Below, in pieces: positions 60,941-64,000 of a stretch of DNA of 64,000 nucleotides. Each line of letters begins with the position of its first letter. The first letter of the stretch is position 1. The notes beneath the pieces were generated by a model that had not been told where the DNA came from, did not search any database, and worked only from the letters and a program-made list of their open reading frames with translations. This DNA is from Candidatus Parcubacteria bacterium (lineage in GTDB: Bacteria > Patescibacteriota > Minisyncoccia > Phycocordibacterales > UBA2100), in the NCBI GenBank assembly GCA_003599295.1, contig QZJK01000006.1, positions 14,681 through 78,680 of the forward strand, given 5' to 3'. Both the position numbers and the translations under genes were made by a program.

Positions 60941-61666
60941 TTAGGCGCCGTAGCGCGGGGTGCCGGTGGATTCGGCGCTCAAGATGATATCTTCGAAAAG
61001 ACGCTCTTGCGTCATGCTGATAGAGCCCGAACGCACGAGTTCGAGCGCCGCAAGAAAATAGACGATGGTGTCATACTTGTTCCTCGAACGCGTGAGTTCT
61101 TTAAAGCTTGCCTTGACCGCCGAAGTGAGCCGCGTCTTCAAGTTCGAGATAACGTCTTCAAGCGCTAAGACAGGCGCCACCATGGCCTGCTTCAAGGCTT
61201 CGGGGCGCGGCAGGATGTTGATGATGCGCGCCACGGCATTCGCGATGACGCCGACACTCGCTTCGCCCGGAAGAAATACGCTTTCGCGCGCCGGAGCACG
61301 GTAGGCAAGGACGATCGGGGCGCGTCCCCATTCCTGCCGCAGGCTCTTCGCCATTTTTCGGATGAGCGCGTAGCGTGCGAGGCGGCGTTCCAGTTCTTCA
61401 ACGCTCTCTCGTTCGTCTTCGGAAAGCGTGAGCGTCGGAAGAAGCGTTCGCGATTTGATAAGGAGCAGGGTCGATGCGACGAGAATGAATTGCGCGGTCT
61501 CTCCCAGCGGAAGTTCGGGAAGTTTTTCGACGTATGCGAGGTACGCATCGGTGACTTCAGCGAGCGAAACTTCGGAGATGGAAAGTTTCCTATCCTCGAT
61601 GAGGTTCAACAGTGTTTCCAAGGGGCCTTGGAACGACTCCGTTTCGACGTGGAATTTCTCGCTCAT
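60941..61666 (-). CDS. scpA: SMC-Scp subunit ScpA
   Basis: FQGPLETLL.LI, IKSRTLLP, FLAALEL. Confidence 0.93.
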   Translation of the reverse strand: MSEKFHVETESFQGPLETLLNLIEDRKLSISEVSLAEVTDAYLAYVEKLPELPLGETAQFILVASTLLLIKSRTLLPTLTLSEDERESVEELERRLARYALIRKMAKSLRQEWGRAPIVLAYRAPARESVFLPGEASVGVIANAVARIINILPRPEALKQAMVAPVLALEDVISNLKTRLTSAVKASFKELTRSRNKYDTIVYFLAALELVRSGSISMTQERLFEDIILSAESTGTPRYGA

Positions 61667-62961
61667 GATTCGTCGGTCGAAAGAAGACTGTCTATGCGAT
61701 TCAAGTCGCGCGGGAACAGCGTCGCTTCTTTTACGTTCGCAAGTTCGAGGAGCCGCGCAGTAAAGCGCTCGAGGCCGGTCGCGGAACCTCCGTGCGGCGG
61801 CATGCCGTATTTGAAGGTCTGGAGATAGAAGGAGAAGTTCTCAGCCTTCAATCCCCTGCCATGGATTCGCTCAAGGAGGAGGTCATGATCGTGAATGCGC
61901 TGCCCGCCTGTCGTCACTTCGAGGCCGCGGAAGAGAAGGTCGAAGCTCTTTGTGTAGCCCGGGTCGTTCTCGTCTTCATAGGTGTAAAAAGGCCGCTTGC
62001 TTACCGGGTAGTGCGTAATGAATACGAAATCAGAGTCGTGTTCTTTTTTCGCCCACTCGCATATTGCCCGTTCGTGTTCGGGTTCGAGGTCTGGTTCTTC
62101 GGAAACGTTCAGTATCTTCTGCGCTTCGCGGAGTTTCAAGACGGGAATTGCAGCAGGAATACGCGGTGCTTCGACGCCATGCACAGCCCCCACCTCGGCG
62201 ACGACATGGCGCACCATGTGCTCGAGCACGCGCATCACATCGGTGTGGTCCTTGATAAAACCCATTTCAAAATCGAGCGATGTGTATTCGGGAAGGTGGC
62301 GCGATGTCGAGTGCTTCTCCGCTCGGAACACTTTCGGCGTCGCGAATGCCCGTTCATAGACACCGACCATTACCTGCTTGTAGAGCTGGGGGCTTGTCGC
62401 GAGGTACGCTTTCTGGTCGTAGTAGTATTCGACGGGGAACGCAGCTGCTCCCCCTTCCGCATCCGCGCCGACAAGAACGGGCGCTTGAAATTCCGTGAAC
62501 TGTTCTTTCTTGAGCGCCTCCCGGAACGATGCAATGATGGTTTCCTGCACCTTGAAGACTCGTTTCGCCCTCTCGCTCCGGAGCGTGTAGGGCATGTAAT
62601 CGAAATAGGTGTCCAAATTCGTTTCAACCCCAAGTTCGAACGGAAGTTCTTTCGCTTTGGATAGTACGGTGAGCGCCAGAATCTCAAGCTCGATGTCGCC
62701 GTTCTGGACCTTTTCGTTGATATTTTTTTCCGGGCGCTTATTCACCTTGCCCTCGACGGAAACGACCCACTCCGGGCGCACTTCCTTTGCCGCTTCCATC
62801 GCGGCGCTTTTCGGAAGCACGACGCCTTGCACGCTTCCCGAGCGGTCGCGTATGTCAAAAAATACGAGCTTGCCCTGATCGCGGCGGACGGAAACAAATC
62901 CCTGCACCAACACAGTGTTTCCCACCGAAGCCGACAATGCATTGATGAGCGTTCGTTCCAT
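61663..62961 (-). CDS. aspS: Aspartate--tRNA ligase, short non-discriminating (archaeal-type)
   Basis: OB fold, EGGA, SPQLYKQ, FRAEK, GGQR, PPHGG, FPRD; no GAD insert. Confidence 0.92.
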   Translation of the reverse strand: MERTLINALSASVGNTVLVQGFVSVRRDQGKLVFFDIRDRSGSVQGVVLPKSAAMEAAKEVRPEWVVSVEGKVNKRPEKNINEKVQNGDIELEILALTVLSKAKELPFELGVETNLDTYFDYMPYTLRSERAKRVFKVQETIIASFREALKKEQFTEFQAPVLVGADAEGGAAAFPVEYYYDQKAYLATSPQLYKQVMVGVYERAFATPKVFRAEKHSTSRHLPEYTSLDFEMGFIKDHTDVMRVLEHMVRHVVAEVGAVHGVEAPRIPAAIPVLKLREAQKILNVSEEPDLEPEHERAICEWAKKEHDSDFVFITHYPVSKRPFYTYEDENDPGYTKSFDLLFRGLEVTTGGQRIHDHDLLLERIHGRGLKAENFSFYLQTFKYGMPPHGGSATGLERFTARLLELANVKEATLFPRDLNRIDSLLSTDES

Positions 62962-62966
62962 ATGAT

Positions 62967-63905
62967 TTATGACAACAGCACGCCTACTTTTTGGCGCACG
63001 TCGCGCATCTTCGCTTCAGCCGCTTCGCGGGCCTCATCGCTCCCCTCTTTCAATATCTGCTTTACATCGGCATCCGTAATGCTTGCGCGTTTCTCGCGCA
63101 TGGGCGCGACGACTGCCTCGATATCTTCGATAAGCACTTCTTTGAGGGTCTTGTAATTGCCTTTGTTCTCCCGATAAAACGCTTCAAGCTTGCTCTCGTC
63201 CTTGAAAAGCCTGTGAATCGCGTACACGATTTCCGGCCGATCCCCCTTAGAATCCGTAACGATCCCCATCACGGCCTTTGTTATTTCCGCCTTCGTGCCG
63301 AAGAGCGGGATGGTGTTGCCGTAGCTTTTGCTCATTTTCTTGCCGTCTGTCCCCGGAACGACCGCGACGCTCTCGAGAATCTGCTCTTTCGGTTCTTTGA
63401 ATGTCTCGCCGTATTGCCTGTTGAATTTCGCGGCTATCTCACGCGTGTATTCGACATGCTGTTTTTGATCTTGCCCCACCGGAACGACATCGGTGTCGTA
63501 GAGAACTATGTCGCACGCCATGAGGACCGGATAATCGAAAAGGCCCACATTCGTTTCAAGTCCGCGTGCTTCTTTGTCTTTGTATGCATGCGCAAGCTCG
63601 AGAAATGACATCGTGACGAGCGTATTGAACACCCACGCGAGTTCCGTGTGCTGCGGGACTTGGGACTGTTGGAATATGACCAGCTTTTTCGGGTCTATGC
63701 CGGCCGCAACGTAGTCGCGCACGATATCGAGGATATTCTTTCGAAGCTCTTCCGGGTTCTTGAGAGTGGTCAGCGCGTGATAGTCGGCGACCATGAGGTA
63801 TCCGATATGGTCCTTCTGCATGTCCGAGAGCGGCTTCAACACGCCGAAATAGTTCCCTATGTGAAGCGCTCCGGAAGGCTGAAGCCCGGTCAGTAATTTC
63901 TGCAT
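62967..63905 (-). CDS. trpS: Tryptophan--tRNA ligase
   Basis: QPSG.LHIGNY, VPVGQDQ, KMSKS. Confidence 0.97.
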   Translation of the reverse strand: MQKLLTGLQPSGALHIGNYFGVLKPLSDMQKDHIGYLMVADYHALTTLKNPEELRKNILDIVRDYVAAGIDPKKLVIFQQSQVPQHTELAWVFNTLVTMSFLELAHAYKDKEARGLETNVGLFDYPVLMACDIVLYDTDVVPVGQDQKQHVEYTREIAAKFNRQYGETFKEPKEQILESVAVVPGTDGKKMSKSYGNTIPLFGTKAEITKAVMGIVTDSKGDRPEIVYAIHRLFKDESKLEAFYRENKGNYKTLKEVLIEDIEAVVAPMREKRASITDADVKQILKEGSDEAREAAEAKMRDVRQKVGVLLS

Positions 63906-64000
63906 ATATGGCCTAAATATAGCAGAAAATGAGGTAATTTCTATGTGGCGGGCAATTCAACGATGAACTTTGAACCCTTCCCCTGCCCCTCTGATTCCGC

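Overview
Chromosomal segment of a small-genome bacterium. Gene content and style (leaderless-type promoters, tRNA genes without encoded CCA, short non-discriminating AspRS, LeuRS with domain insertions) suggest Patescibacteria/CPR, Parcubacteria-like; this is inference, not a database result. Core content: 6 tRNAs, prs, guaA, a dcw cluster in two pieces (mraZ-rsmH-ftsL-ftsI and mraY-ftsW-murG), adenosine kinase plus ahcY, a split F1Fo ATP synthase operon, ychF, leuS, cysS, gltX, aspS, trpS, scpAB, rplI and rpmA. Main discoveries: (1) a 299-bp element between mraY and ftsW encoding only an 89-aa GIY-YIG nuclease, with bulged terminal inverted repeats and a 4-bp target duplication, plus a 77-bp gene-less copy 37 kb away with identical ends and its own 4-bp duplication, together a candidate new minimal transposon/MITE pair; (2) a 5.5-kb large-serine-recombinase island in tRNA-Ala(GGC) whose att core lies inside the recombinase gene, so integration or excision would swap the recombinase C-terminal tail; it carries a Shedu-like nuclease ending in an SSB-type DDIPF tail and an RNAP alpha-CTD-like protein; (3) an 8-kb polyamine/GNAT block splitting atpB from atpE; (4) many structured intergenic palindromic elements, including a family downstream of tRNAs. 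No CRISPR array or rRNA was seen.
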